The translations under genes were made by a program, and so were the position numbers. This document shows, in pieces, positions 9,070 through 17,943 of a stretch of 33,479 nucleotides of DNA. The notes under the pieces were generated by a model. It saw only the letters and a list, made by a program, of their open reading frames with translations, did no database searches and had not been told where the DNA came from. Within the stretch, counting starts at the first letter, position 1, and each line of letters opens with the position of its first letter. The stretch is from a virus (taxonomy: Duplodnaviria; Heunggongvirae; Uroviricota; Caudoviricetes), in IMG/VR virus record IMGVR_UViG_2778261246_000010, one strand, 5' to 3'.

Positions 9070-9149
9070 TACAACACCTTCGGCACAACCTTGCTAGTTA
9101 AATTAGTGATTATAAAAATTGGATACTTACCAGCTATGTGACGATGAAG

Positions 9150-9854
9150 TCACGAACTTTTCAGCCACTCCCTTGCCTCGATGTCATCCAGATGGCGAGA
9201 TTGCTTCAGAATACCAGCCACATACTCCACCTTTGCTACTTGATGATAAGGCAACGTTATTGGCCTGTGGTCTTGGTTGATGCTTGTAAATTGGTATTCT
9301 CCATCTCTGTCATAGCCAAGAACCTTAATCATGTTGTGTCCTTCAACGGTTCTGACAAACACCTCATCACCCGGGAATACTTTGGTGTTAGGCTCAATGA
9401 GTACATATTCTCCTGATTTTATTCTAGGCCACATGCTGTCTCCTTTCACACGAAGACCAAAGGCATCTGGATCATCGCTATAAATCTTGAGCCACCCATC
9501 GCGCTCTTCGGTCATCTCGATGGCACCATCAACACCAAGAATTGCCTCACCAACCACGCGCACTAACCCTTTTCTTACCTGACCGACAAAAGTTAAAGAA
9601 TCTGAGCATGATGCAATTGGTGTTACATCATGTACCAAATCAAGCCACCCATTAGGTAACCCAAGTGCGGCTTCGAATTTTCTTGCTAGTTTATCCCCTA
9701 TGTTTCGAGTGCTTTTTTCACCGGAGACTTGCGTGAGTTGAGAAGGGCTAACTCCAAGCTTATCGGCAAAGCTTGCATTAGTGTTACCCGCGATTTTTTT
9801 ATGCTCATCTAGCAAAAACGCCAGATTCGATTTGCGAATATCTTTGTTTTCCAT
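9150..9854 (-). CDS. cI: CI-type prophage repressor (HTH plus S24 LexA-like autopeptidase domain)
   Basis: N-terminal HTH, C-terminal GDSMWPRI motif typical of S24 self-cleaving repressors; GAGGGAG Shine-Dalgarno; divergent from the cro-like gene. Confidence 0.9.
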   Translation of the reverse strand: MENKDIRKSNLAFLLDEHKKIAGNTNASFADKLGVSPSQLTQVSGEKSTRNIGDKLARKFEAALGLPNGWLDLVHDVTPIASCSDSLTFVGQVRKGLVRVVGEAILGVDGAIEMTEERDGWLKIYSDDPDAFGLRVKGDSMWPRIKSGEYVLIEPNTKVFPGDEVFVRTVEGHNMIKVLGYDRDGEYQFTSINQDHRPITLPYHQVAKVEYVAGILKQSRHLDDIEAREWLKSS

Positions 9855-9877
9855 CCCACGATTCTCCCTCTATTTAG

Positions 9878-9953
9878 CAAATGGATAAATACGCATTTTG
9901 ATAAATCTCCATTGCAGTTTATTTATCAAAATGGTAAAGTTGCTCTGTATGAT
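9878..9953. promoter_or_regulatory. OR operators with divergent pRM/pR
   Basis: Three copies of TGGATAAAT / TTGATAAAT / ATTTATCAA (two as a 13-bp inverted pair) and a TATGAT -10 candidate, between divergent cI and cro. Confidence 0.5.
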
Positions 9954-9967
9954 AAACGGAGGCACTA

Positions 9968-10201
9968 ATGAGTAATGAACTACTACGCTGGCGAAAAGAG
10001 GCTTCTAGTGAGGAATGGAAGCGACTCGCCGCATTAGCGAATACTTCAGTTGGCTATCTTGATCAGATTGCATATGGGTTTCGAAGAGCTTCCCCAGATA
10101 AAGCGAATGCAATCGAAGAAGCCACTCGTAATTTCACGGGTTATAAACCTGTGAAAAAGGAAAATCTGGTGTTCGTATCGCGTAGAGCATCAGCAGCATA
10201 A
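9968..10201 (+). CDS. cro: Cro-like HTH regulator (77 aa)
   Basis: Small ORF divergent from cI with an HTH-like segment (ALANTSVGYLDQIAYGFRRAS). Confidence 0.65.
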   Translation: MSNELLRWRKEASSEEWKRLAALANTSVGYLDQIAYGFRRASPDKANAIEEATRNFTGYKPVKKENLVFVSRRASAA

Positions 10202-10208
10202 GTAACCT

Positions 10209-10254
10209 CGCTCTTTGTAACAACGGACATTCGTCCTACGTCGCTGAAAAGCGA
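10209..10254 (+). promoter_or_regulatory. nutR (boxA CGCTCTTTG plus two hairpins)
   Basis: CGCTCTTTG, then GGAC-attc-GTCC, tacg, TCGCTGAAAAGCGA; mirrors nutL. Confidence 0.6.
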
Positions 10255-10339
10255 ATCCCAGAATATCTGACCAACCAAGGCCATATGCGTTTCCACGCAT
10301 ACCTTTCAACTAGCTATTCACTATTGGAAATCATAAGAA

Positions 10340-10636
10340 ATGGAACAAACAAGTTACAGCAAACTATCACAGCGCGACGTTGATCGCGCAGAAACAGATT
10401 TACTCATCAACCTGTCAACGCTTACCCAGCGCGGTCTGGCAAAGATGATTGGCTGTCATGAATCGAAGATAAGCAGAACGGACTGGCGGTTTATTGCTTC
10501 GGTCTTGTGTGCTTTCGGAATGGCATCAGACATCAGTCCGATTAGCAGGGCTTTTAAGTATGCGCTTGATGGAATCACAAAGAAAAAATCCCCGGCTGCC
10601 ACCGAGGATTCTGAGCAAATTGATATGCAATTCTGA
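10340..10636 (+). CDS. cII: CII lysogeny activator
   Basis: C-terminus KKKSPAATEDSEQIDMQF parallels lambda CII (KKRPAATERSEQIQMEF); position between cro and O. Confidence 0.8.
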   Translation: MEQTSYSKLSQRDVDRAETDLLINLSTLTQRGLAKMIGCHESKISRTDWRFIASVLCAFGMASDISPISRAFKYALDGITKKKSPAATEDSEQIDMQF

Positions 10637-10668
10637 GGGAATTACTGGATCAATCCACAGGGGTCATT

Positions 10669-11568
10669 ATGACAAATACAGCAAAAATACTCAACTTCGG
10701 CAGAGGTAACTTTGCCGAACAGGAGCGTAATGTGGCAGATCTCGATGATGGTTACGCCAGACTATCAAATATGCTGCTTGAGGCTTATTCAGGCGCAGAT
10801 CTGACCAAGCGACAGTTTAAAGTGCTGCTTGCCATTCTGCGTAAAACCTATGGGTGGAATAAACCAATGGACAGAATCACCGATTCTCAACTTAGCGAGA
10901 TTACAAAGTTACCTGTCAAACGGTGCAATGAAGCCAAGTTAGAGCTCGTCAGAATGAATATTATCAAGCAGCAAGGCGGCATGTTTGGACCAAATAAAAA
11001 CATCTCAGAATGGTGTATCCCTCAAAACGAGGGAAAATCCCCTAAAACGAGGGATAAAACATCCCTCAAATTGGGGGATTGCTATCCCTCAAAACAGGGG
11101 AACACAAAAGACACTAATACAAAAGAAAAAAGAAAAGATTATTCGTCAGAGAATTCTGGCGAATCCTCTGACCAGCCAGAAAATGATCTTTCTGTGGTTA
11201 AACCGGATGCTGCAATTCAGAGCGGCAGCAAGTGGGGAACAGCAGAAGACCTGACCGCCGCAGAGTGGATGTTTGACATGGTGAAGACCATCGCGCCATC
11301 AGCCAGAAAACCGAATTTTGCTGGGTGGGCTAACGATATCCGCCTGATGCGTGAACGTGACGGACGTAACCACCGCGATATGTGTGTGCTTTTCCGCTGG
11401 GCCTGCCAGGACAACTTCTGGTCCGGTAACGTGCTGAGTCCGGCCAAACTCCGCGACAAGTGGACCCAGCTCGAAATCAACCGTAACAAGCAACAGGCAG
11501 GCGCGACAGCCAGCAAACCAAAACTCGACCTGACAAACACTGACTGGATTTACGGGGTGGATTTATGA
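10669..11568 (+). CDS. O: Replication initiator O
   Basis: 299-aa translation matches lambda O nearly throughout; contains the ori iterons. Confidence 0.95.
   Translation: MTNTAKILNFGRGNFAEQERNVADLDDGYARLSNMLLEAYSGADLTKRQFKVLLAILRKTYGWNKPMDRITDSQLSEITKLPVKRCNEAKLELVRMNIIKQQGGMFGPNKNISEWCIPQNEGKSPKTRDKTSLKLGDCYPSKQGNTKDTNTKEKRKDYSSENSGESSDQPENDLSVVKPDAAIQSGSKWGTAEDLTAAEWMFDMVKTIAPSARKPNFAGWANDIRLMRERDGRNHRDMCVLFRWACQDNFWSGNVLSPAKLRDKWTQLEINRNKQQAGATASKPKLDLTNTDWIYGVDL
11017..11103 (+). repeat. ori-lambda iterons (four ~19-bp repeats) inside O
   Basis: ATCCCTCAAAACGAGGGA-like units repeated four times, followed by an A-rich segment. Confidence 0.85.
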
Positions 11569-12266
11569 AAAACATCGCCGCACAGATGGTTAACTTTGAC
11601 CGTGAGCAGATGCGTCGGATCGCCAACAACATGCCGGAACAGTACGACGAAAAGCCGCAGGTACAACAGGTAGCGCAGATCATCAATGGTGTGTTCAGCC
11701 AGTTACTGGCAACTTTCCCGGCGAGCCTGGCTAACCGGGACCAGAACGAACTGAACGAAATCCGCCGCCAGTGGGTGCTGGCTTTCCGGGAAAACGGGAT
11801 CACCACAATGGAACAGGTTAACGCAGGAATGCGCGTAGCCCGTCGGCAGAATCGACCATTTCTGCCATCACCCGGGCAGTTTGTTGCATGGTGCCGGGAA
11901 GAAGCATCCGTTATCGCCGGACTGCCAAACGTCAGCGAGCTGGTTGATATGGTTTACGAGTATTGCCGGAAGCGAGGCCTGTATCCGGATGCGGAGTCTT
12001 ATCCGTGGAAATCAAACGCGCACTACTGGCTGGTTACCAACCTGTATCAGAACATGCGGGCCAATGCGCTTACTGATGCGGAATTACGGCGCAAGGCTGC
12101 CGATGAACTGACCTGTATGACAGCGCGAATTAACCGTGGTGAGACGATACCTGAACCAGTAAAACAACTTCCTGTTATGGGCGGTAGACCTCTAAATCGT
12201 GCACAGGCTCTGGCGAAGATCGCAGAAATTAAAGCTAAGTTCGGACTGAAAGGAGCAAGTGTATGA
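11565..12266 (+). CDS. P: Replication protein P (DnaB helicase loader)
   Basis: 233-aa translation matches lambda P; ATGA overlap with O. Confidence 0.95.
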   Translation: MKNIAAQMVNFDREQMRRIANNMPEQYDEKPQVQQVAQIINGVFSQLLATFPASLANRDQNELNEIRRQWVLAFRENGITTMEQVNAGMRVARRQNRPFLPSPGQFVAWCREEASVIAGLPNVSELVDMVYEYCRKRGLYPDAESYPWKSNAHYWLVTNLYQNMRANALTDAELRRKAADELTCMTARINRGETIPEPVKQLPVMGGRPLNRAQALAKIAEIKAKFGLKGASV

Positions 12267-12553
12267 CGGGCAAAGAGGCAATTATTCATTACCTGGGGAC
12301 GCATAATAGCTTCTGTGCGCCGGACGTTGCCGCGCTAACAGGCGCAACAGTAACCAGCATAAATCAGGCCGCGGCTAAAATGGCACGGGCAGGTCTTCTG
12401 GTTATCGAAGGTAAGGTCTGGCGAACGGTGTATTACCGGTTTGCTACCAGGGAAGAACGGGAAGGAAAGATGAGCACGAACCTGATTTTTAAGGAGTGTC
12501 GCCAGAGTGCCGCGATGAAACGGGTATTGGCGGTATATGGAGTTAAAAGATGA
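12263..12553 (+). CDS. ren: Ren
   Basis: 96-aa translation matches lambda Ren. Confidence 0.9.
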   Translation: MTGKEAIIHYLGTHNSFCAPDVAALTGATVTSINQAAAKMARAGLLVIEGKVWRTVYYRFATREEREGKMSTNLIFKECRQSAAMKRVLAVYGVKR

Positions 12554-12578
12554 CCATCTACATCACTGAGCTAATAAC

Positions 12579-12610
12579 AGGCCTGCTGGTAATCGCAGGC
12601 CTTTTTATTT
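12579..12610 (+). terminator. Intrinsic terminator (tR2-like)
   Basis: AGGCCTGC-tggtaatc-GCAGGCCT followed by TTTTTATTT. Confidence 0.65.
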
Positions 12611-12625
12611 GGGGGAGGGTAAATC

Positions 12626-12832
12626 GTGGCTGAGTTAATTTTCTCTGCATTGAGGATTCTCGGTGCTATGTGGATGGTGGCGACGTTCATTGTTGTTGCC
12701 AGCAGTTTTGTCCGGTTGGTAGGCGAAGGTAAAGACCTGGTGGGTGTGCTTTTCGGTAGCATTTTCCTGTGGGTGATTATCGGTGTTATGCCTGTTGTCG
12801 TAGCAAAAGTGGCGTGGCGTTTTGTGAGTTGA
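12626..12832 (+). CDS. Small hydrophobic protein (68 aa, GTG start; two predicted TM segments)
   Basis: ORF just after the terminator with GGAGGG 7 nt upstream of the GTG; highly hydrophobic translation. Confidence 0.4.
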   Translation: MAELIFSALRILGAMWMVATFIVVASSFVRLVGEGKDLVGVLFGSIFLWVIIGVMPVVVAKVAWRFVS

Positions 12833-12839
12833 GGTAACG

Positions 12840-13286
12840 ATGAAGCAAATATACATGCTTCGCAACGAAGCAATCAGAAACAACGCCATAGACGCAATAC
12901 TCTCACTTCCGATCGACGACAAGTCACCTCACGAAGTCCACATTAAAGAACCAAAGCGGAGCAATCCTCAAAACCGCCTTATGTGGGCGTTATTGCAGGA
13001 CGTATCGCGTCAGGTGCTTTGGCATGGAGAGAGACTTGCGCCGGAGGACTGGAAAGACCTGTTCACTGCCCTGTGGCTTAAGACCAAAAAACTGGAGCAA
13101 CGAAGTGCGCCTGGTATCGACGGTGGCGTTGTTATGCTTGGCGTGCGTACCAGCAAAATGCGAAAGGCCAGCATGACTGAGCTTATCGAAATCATGTTCT
13201 GGTTCGGCTCAGAGCGCAACGTGCGGTGGAGTGATGACTCCCGGCGAGAGTATGAATGGTCACAACGAAAAGGGAAGGCTGCATGA
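12840..13286 (+). CDS. ninB: NinB recombination protein
   Basis: 148-aa translation matches lambda NinB (orf146). Confidence 0.9.
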   Translation: MKQIYMLRNEAIRNNAIDAILSLPIDDKSPHEVHIKEPKRSNPQNRLMWALLQDVSRQVLWHGERLAPEDWKDLFTALWLKTKKLEQRSAPGIDGGVVMLGVRTSKMRKASMTELIEIMFWFGSERNVRWSDDSRREYEWSQRKGKAA

Positions 13287-13810
13287 CTATCAAATCAAAT
13301 ACGCCAGCACACGACAAGGACTGCTGGCAAACGCCGCTTTGGCTTTTTGATGCGCTGGATATTGAGTTTGGATTCTGGCTGGATTCAGCTGCGAGCGACA
13401 AAAACGCTCTGTGCGCTCACTGGCTAACTGAGGCCGACGACGCGCTAAATTCTGAGTGGATAAGCCACGGTGCAATCTGGAATAACCCACCGTACAGCAA
13501 TATCAGGCCGTGGGTGGAAAAAGCCGCTGAGCAGTGCATACAACAGCGACAGACGGTAGTTATGCTTGTGCCAGAGGATATGTCAGTCGGATGGTTCAGC
13601 AAGGCTCTGGAGAGTGTCGACGAAGTTCGCATTATCACTGATGGACGGATTAATTTTATCGAACCATCGACAGGGCTGGAGAAGAAGGGAAACAGCAAAG
13701 GCTCCATGCTGCTGATTTGGCGACCGCTCATCAGTCCTCGACGGATGTTTACTACCGTATCCAAAGCGGCATTGATGGCGATCGGGCGGGGCGTCAGGAG
13801 GGCGGCATGA
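13283..13810 (+). CDS. Phage Dam-type DNA N6-adenine methyltransferase
   Basis: NPPYS motif ([12 protein letters not shown]); occupies the lambda ninC/ninD position; ATGA overlap with ninB. Confidence 0.8.
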   Translation: MTIKSNTPAHDKDCWQTPLWLFDALDIEFGFWLDSAASDKNALCAHWLTEADDALNSEWISHGAIWNNPPYSNIRPWVEKAAEQCIQQRQTVVMLVPEDMSVGWFSKALESVDEVRIITDGRINFIEPSTGLEKKGNSKGSMLLIWRPLISPRRMFTTVSKAALMAIGRGVRRAA

Positions 13811-13983
13811 GGCGACAGCGACGAAGCATCACCGACATAATCTGTGAAAACTGCAAATACCTTCCAACGAAACGCTCCAGAAATAAACGCAAGCCAATCC
13901 CAAAAGAATCTGACGTAAAAACCTTCAACTACACGGCTCACCTGTGGGATATCCGGTGGCTAAGACATCGTGCGAGGAAATGA
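13807..13983 (+). CDS. ninE: NinE
   Basis: [23 protein letters not shown]... matches lambda NinE; ATGA overlap with the methyltransferase. Confidence 0.85.
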   Translation: MRRQRRSITDIICENCKYLPTKRSRNKRKPIPKESDVKTFNYTAHLWDIRWLRHRARK

Positions 13984-13985
13984 CA

Positions 13986-14387
13986 ATGCTTTTAATTCAA
14001 CCTGGATTTGGCCTTAGCATCAAAAAAGGACACATGTTTGGCGAGAAAGAGTCACAACGAAAAATGGTGTCTATCCGGTTGCCATTTATCAGTATTTATT
14101 GGCTAAACAGGGAGGCAACAAATTATTGGTATACATGCGCCAGAGCAGCATTTAACGACCCTGACTGGTTTGTGAAAAACCACCATGCGGTTCGTCAGGC
14201 AAAGAGAAAGGCCAATACGACATACATGAAGGCGTATCGAAAAGCATGGAAAGAACACCGCGATCGATACCAACAAGACATGGAAAAGCTTGAATCAGAA
14301 AACATGGAATTAAGACGAAAGCTCGGTGAAGCAAAACGAGACATTGATGCTTACAAGCGACTTTTTAATGGTGAAAGCCATGCTTAG
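13986..14387 (+). CDS. Hypothetical nin-region protein (133 aa) with C-terminal coiled coil
   Basis: ORF inserted between ninE and ninF, where lambda has no gene; GAGGA Shine-Dalgarno; C-terminal heptad-like region. Confidence 0.5.
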   Translation: MLLIQPGFGLSIKKGHMFGEKESQRKMVSIRLPFISIYWLNREATNYWYTCARAAFNDPDWFVKNHHAVRQAKRKANTTYMKAYRKAWKEHRDRYQQDMEKLESENMELRRKLGEAKRDIDAYKRLFNGESHA

Positions 14388-14556
14388 CCCATCCCAATCC
14401 CTTCAATACCAGAAAGAAAGCGTCGAGCGGGCTTTAACGTGCGCTAACTGCAGTCAGAAGCTGCATGTGCTGGAAGTTCATGTGTGTGAGCACTGCTGCG
14501 CAGAACTGATGAGCGATCCGAATAGCTCAATGTACGAGGAAGAAGACGATGGCTAA
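14380..14556 (+). CDS. ninF: NinF
   Basis: [24 protein letters not shown]... matches lambda NinF. Confidence 0.8.
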   Translation: MLSPSQSLQYQKESVERALTCANCSQKLHVLEVHVCEHCCAELMSDPNSSMYEEEDDG

Positions 14557-15160
14557 ACCAGCGCGAAGACGATGTAAAAACGATGAATGTCGGGAATGGT
14601 TTCACCCTGCATTCGCTAATCAGTGGTGGTGCTCTCCAGAGTGTGGAACCAAGATAGCACTCGAACGACGAAGTAAAGAACGCGAAAAAGCGGAAAAAGC
14701 AGCAGAGAAGAAACGACGACGAGAGGATCAGAGACAGAAAGATAAACTTAAGATTCGAAAACTCGCCTTAAAGCCCCGCAGTTACTGGATTAAACAAGCC
14801 CAACAAGCCGTAAACGCCTTCATCAGAGAAAGAGACCGCGACTTACCATGTATCTCGTGCGGAACGCTCACGTCTGCTCAGTGGGATGCCGGACATTACC
14901 GGACAACTGCTGCGGCACCTCAACTCCGATTTGATGAACGCAATATTCACAAGCAATGCGTGGTGTGCAACCAGCACAAAAGCGGAAATCTCGTTCCGTA
15001 TCGCGTCGAACTGATTAATCGCATCGGGCAGGAAGCAGTAGACGAAATCGAATCAAACCATAACCGCCATCGCTGGACTGTCGAAGAGTGCAGGGCCATC
15101 AAGGCGGAGTATCAGCAGAAACTCAAAGACCTGCGAAATAGCAGAAGTGAGGCCGCATGA
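14549..15160 (+). CDS. ninG: NinG (Rap-like recombination endonuclease)
   Basis: 203-aa translation matches lambda NinG. Confidence 0.9.
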   Translation: MAKPARRRCKNDECREWFHPAFANQWWCSPECGTKIALERRSKEREKAEKAAEKKRRREDQRQKDKLKIRKLALKPRSYWIKQAQQAVNAFIRERDRDLPCISCGTLTSAQWDAGHYRTTAAAPQLRFDERNIHKQCVVCNQHKSGNLVPYRVELINRIGQEAVDEIESNHNRHRWTVEECRAIKAEYQQKLKDLRNSRSEAA

Positions 15161-15363
15161 CGTTCTCAGTAAAAACCATTCCAGACATGCTCGTTGAAGC
15201 ATACGGAAACCAGACAGAAGTAGCACGCAGACTGAAATGTAGTCGCGGTACGGTCAGAAAATACGTTGATGATAAAGACGGGAAAATGCACGCCATCGTC
15301 AACGACGTTCTCATGGTTCATCGCGGATGGAGTGAAAGAGATGCGCTATTACGAAAAAATTGA
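15157..15363 (+). CDS. ninH: NinH
   Basis: 68-aa translation matches lambda NinH. Confidence 0.85.
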   Translation: MTFSVKTIPDMLVEAYGNQTEVARRLKCSRGTVRKYVDDKDGKMHAIVNDVLMVHRGWSERDALLRKN

Positions 15364-16012
15364 TGGCAGCAAATACCGAAATATTTGGGTAGTTGGCGAT
15401 CTGCACGGATGCTACACGAACCTGATGAAAAAACTGGAGACGATAGGATTCGACACCAAAAAAGACCTGCTTATCTCGGTGGGCGATTTGGTTGATCGCG
15501 GTACAGAGAACGTCGAATGTCTGGAATTAATCACATTCCCCTGGTTCAGAGCTGTACGTGGAAACCATGAGCAAATGATGATTGATGGCTTATCAGAGCG
15601 TGGAAACGTCAATCACTGGCTGCTTAATGGCGGTGGCTGGTTCTTTAATCTCGATTACGACAAAGAAATTCTGGCTAAAGCTCTTGCCCATAAAGCAGAA
15701 GAACTTCCGTTAATCATCGAACTGGTGAGCAAAGATAAAAAATATGTTATCTGCCACGCCGATTATCCCTTTGACGAATACGAGTTTGGAAAGCCAGTTG
15801 ATCATCAGCAGGTAATCTGGAACCGCAAACGAATCAGCAACTCACAAGACGGGATCGTGAAAGAAATTAAAGGCGCGGACACGTTCATCTTTGGTCATAC
15901 GCCAGCAGTGAAACCACTCAAATTTGCCAACCAGATGTATATCGATACCGGCGCAGTGTTCTGCGGAAATCTCACATTGATTCAGGTACAGGGAGAAGGC
16001 GCGTGGGCATAA
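15347..16012 (+). CDS. ninI: NinI Ser/Thr protein phosphatase (lambda PPase type)
   Basis: GDLHG and GNHE metallophosphatase motifs; colinear with lambda orf221. Confidence 0.9.
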   Translation, partial: YYEKIDGSKYRNIWVVGDLHGCYTNLMKKLETIGFDTKKDLLISVGDLVDRGTENVECLELITFPWFRAVRGNHEQMMIDGLSERGNVNHWLLNGGGWFFNLDYDKEILAKALAHKAEELPLIIELVSKDKKYVICHADYPFDEYEFGKPVDHQQVIWNRKRISNSQDGIVKEIKGADTFIFGHTPAVKPLKFANQMYIDTGAVFCGNLTLIQVQGEGAWA

Positions 16013-16491
16013 GAGAACTAAACCTCACCAAAGAACAGCATGAGTGGCTGAATGGCTGGCTTGAACTGTGGGGCGCATGGGTTTATTCAGGTCGTCTGGA
16101 AAAGCGTATGAGCAGCGTAATAGCGAAGTTCATGGAGAGCGTAGAGCCGGGAAGAGTTATGACAAGGCCAATGTGCAATGATGATGATGGAATGTTGATT
16201 TCTCAGGTCGTCGATTCCGTCATGTGCATTGACAAGAAAGCCTTTGGCATCCTCCTCAGCTACTACGCTCATGGTTCTTCCAAGCACGCCATTGCATCTT
16301 ACTATCATCGCGTCGCAAGACCTCGCAAGATGTTATGCCGTGGCGGCGGGCGCATTCAAAAACCATCGCTCGCAACCTGTCGACGGGAAGTTGACGAAAT
16401 CCTTAATGCCTCGTTGTTTATGATTTGCCCGGTTCTGGATAGTGCGTTTAAAAACCGGAAACGTGTAGAGAAAATTAAACATGTAGCATAG
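16003..16491 (+). CDS. Q: Late antiterminator Q (non-lambda family)
   Basis: Position after ninI and before the late promoter; features shared with the Q-antiterminator family (WGAW, DDD, YY); GTG start overlapping the ninI stop. Confidence 0.65.
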   Translation: MGIRELNLTKEQHEWLNGWLELWGAWVYSGRLEKRMSSVIAKFMESVEPGRVMTRPMCNDDDGMLISQVVDSVMCIDKKAFGILLSYYAHGSSKHAIASYYHRVARPRKMLCRGGGRIQKPSLATCRREVDEILNASLFMICPVLDSAFKNRKRVEKIKHVA

Positions 16492-16494
16492 AAC

Positions 16495-16581
16495 GTGTTG
16501 ACATCATTGAGCAAATGAGCAACACTATTCGCATAAGCTGCCGTTAGTGACTCTTAAGTTGCAACGGTGGCTTTTTTATTT
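16495..16581 (+). promoter_or_regulatory. Candidate late promoter pR' / qut with short terminator tR'
   Basis: TTGACA at 16498 shortly after Q; GGC-TTTTTTATTT tract at 16569-16580 just before the tRNA genes. Confidence 0.35.
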
Positions 16582-16656
16582 GGGTCAGTCGTATAAAGGT
16601 CATTACGGAAGGCTGTTAACCTTCTTATCGTGGTTCGAGTCCACGCTGTCCCGCCA
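16582..16656 (+). tRNA. tRNA-like gene, anticodon GTT (Asn); acceptor and D stems imperfect
   Basis: Hand-folded cloverleaf: anticodon stem GAAGG/CCTTC with loop CTGTTAA, T-arm CGTGG-TTCGAGT-CCACG, 3-prime CCA; one acceptor-stem mismatch. Confidence 0.5.
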
Positions 16657-16661
16657 AATAT

Positions 16662-16737
16662 GCTGGTTTAGCTCCAATGGTAGAGCAGTCGCCTTGTAAG
16701 CGAATGGGTAGCGGTTCAAGTCCGTTAACCAGCACCA
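16662..16737 (+). tRNA. tRNA, anticodon TGT (Thr)
   Basis: Perfect 7-bp acceptor stem GCTGGTT/AACCAGC, D-arm GCTC-CAATGGTA-GAGC, anticodon loop CTTGTAA, T-loop TTCAAGT, 3-prime ACCA. Confidence 0.7.
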
Positions 16738-16855
16738 TAACTGAGCCGTAGCCACTGGCTATCCTGAACTCATCAGTGATAGTTATGCCGCGGCCTTCTT
16801 TTTTCCCCTTCCCAATATAAGAACTACGCAATCCGTTACTTGCGGAGGCGTTGCT

Positions 16856-17071
16856 ATGAAATCAATGGACAAAATCTCTACTGGCATTGCCTACGGAACA
16901 TCCGCTGGTAGTGCGGGATACTGGTTTTTACAGTGGTTGGATCAGGTCAGTCCGTCACAGTGGGCTGCAATTGGTGTGCTGGGAAGTCTAGTTCTGGGCT
17001 TTTTGACTTATCTGACAAATCTGTACTTCAAAATCAGAGAAGACAGAAGAAAGGCTGCGAGAGGTGAATAA
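16856..17071 (+). CDS. S: Class II holin / pinholin (phage 21 S-type) with dual-start motif
   Basis: 71-aa, two TM segments, MKSM dual-start motif; matches my recollection of the S21 pinholin. Confidence 0.9.
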   Translation: MKSMDKISTGIAYGTSAGSAGYWFLQWLDQVSPSQWAAIGVLGSLVLGFLTYLTNLYFKIREDRRKAARGE

Positions 17072-17568
17072 TGCCTCCGTCATTACGAAAAGCTGTTGCA
17101 GCTGCTATTGGTGGCGGGGCTATTGCTATAGCATCAGTGTTAATCACTGGTCCAGGTGGTAACGATGGTCTGGAAGGTGTCAGCTACATACCATACAAAG
17201 ATATCGTTGGCGTATGGACTGTATGTCACGGGCATACAGGAAAAGACATCATTCCCGGTAAAACGTATACCGAAGCAGAATGCAAAGCCCTCCTGAATAA
17301 AGACCTTGCCACGGTAGCCAGACAAATTAACCCGTACATCAAAGTCGATATACCGGAAACAACGCGCGGCGCTCTTTACTCATTCGTTTACAACGTGGGT
17401 GCTGGCAATTTCAGAACATCGACGCTTCTGCGCAAAATCAACCAGGGCGATATCAAAGGCGCATGTGATCAGCTACGTCGCTGGACATACGCTGGCGGTA
17501 AGCAATGGAAAGGTCTGATGACTCGTCGTGAGATTGAGCGTGAAGTCTGTTTGTGGGGGCAACAATGA
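17071..17568 (+). CDS. R: SAR endolysin (phage 21 R-type lysozyme)
   Basis: Gly/Ala-rich N-terminal signal-anchor-release segment followed by a lysozyme domain; start overlaps the holin stop. Confidence 0.9.
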   Translation: MPPSLRKAVAAAIGGGAIAIASVLITGPGGNDGLEGVSYIPYKDIVGVWTVCHGHTGKDIIPGKTYTEAECKALLNKDLATVARQINPYIKVDIPETTRGALYSFVYNVGAGNFRTSTLLRKINQGDIKGACDQLRRWTYAGGKQWKGLMTRREIEREVCLWGQQ

Positions 17569-17660
17569 GCATGATTTGCTTTTTCATGGCAGCGTTGCTC
17601 GCATTCAATGGCAACGATGCGTGGCCGTGGTTTCTGGCCGTTGGAGTGTTGATGTCATGA
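17565..17660 (+). CDS. Possible 31-aa hydrophobic peptide between endolysin and the Rz-like start
   Basis: Hand-translated [31 protein letters not shown]; ATGA overlaps at both ends. Confidence 0.3.
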   Translation: MSMICFFMAALLAFNGNDAWPWFLAVGVLMS

Positions 17661-17806
17661 GTCGGTTAACCGCGATTATCTCCGCTCTGGTTATCTGCAT
17701 CATCGTCTGCCTGGCGTGTGGCGGCGCATTTTCTGGTGTCGTTCATTGTCGGCGTACTGGGCGCAGAGGTTCTGGCATCCTGGCTGGTAAAGCATACAGG
17801 GTTTGA
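17657..17806 (+). CDS. Rz-like i-spanin N-terminal fragment (49 aa), diverging after the TM segment
   Basis: [19 protein letters not shown] matches the lambda Rz N-terminus, then the frame diverges and stops; no embedded Rz1-like lipoprotein found. Confidence 0.35.
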   Translation: MSRLTAIISALVICIIVCLACGGAFSGVVHCRRTGRRGSGILAGKAYRV

Positions 17807-17943
17807 CGGTGCTCCCGTCGACGCACTGTGTGCAGTGCTGGTGTCAGTGGTGTCGGTGAAGATTCTCTCGTTCATCCACCAGCAGGATATTGCATCGCTG
17901 GTGTCCGGTGTGTTCTCCCGCCAGCGAGGCGGAGGAGGCGGTA

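Noticed and set aside
16625-16831. 68-aa minus-strand ORF
   Set aside because: It overlaps the two tRNA genes in antisense; the ...GLEPR... translation is the usual artefact of reading a T-loop backwards.
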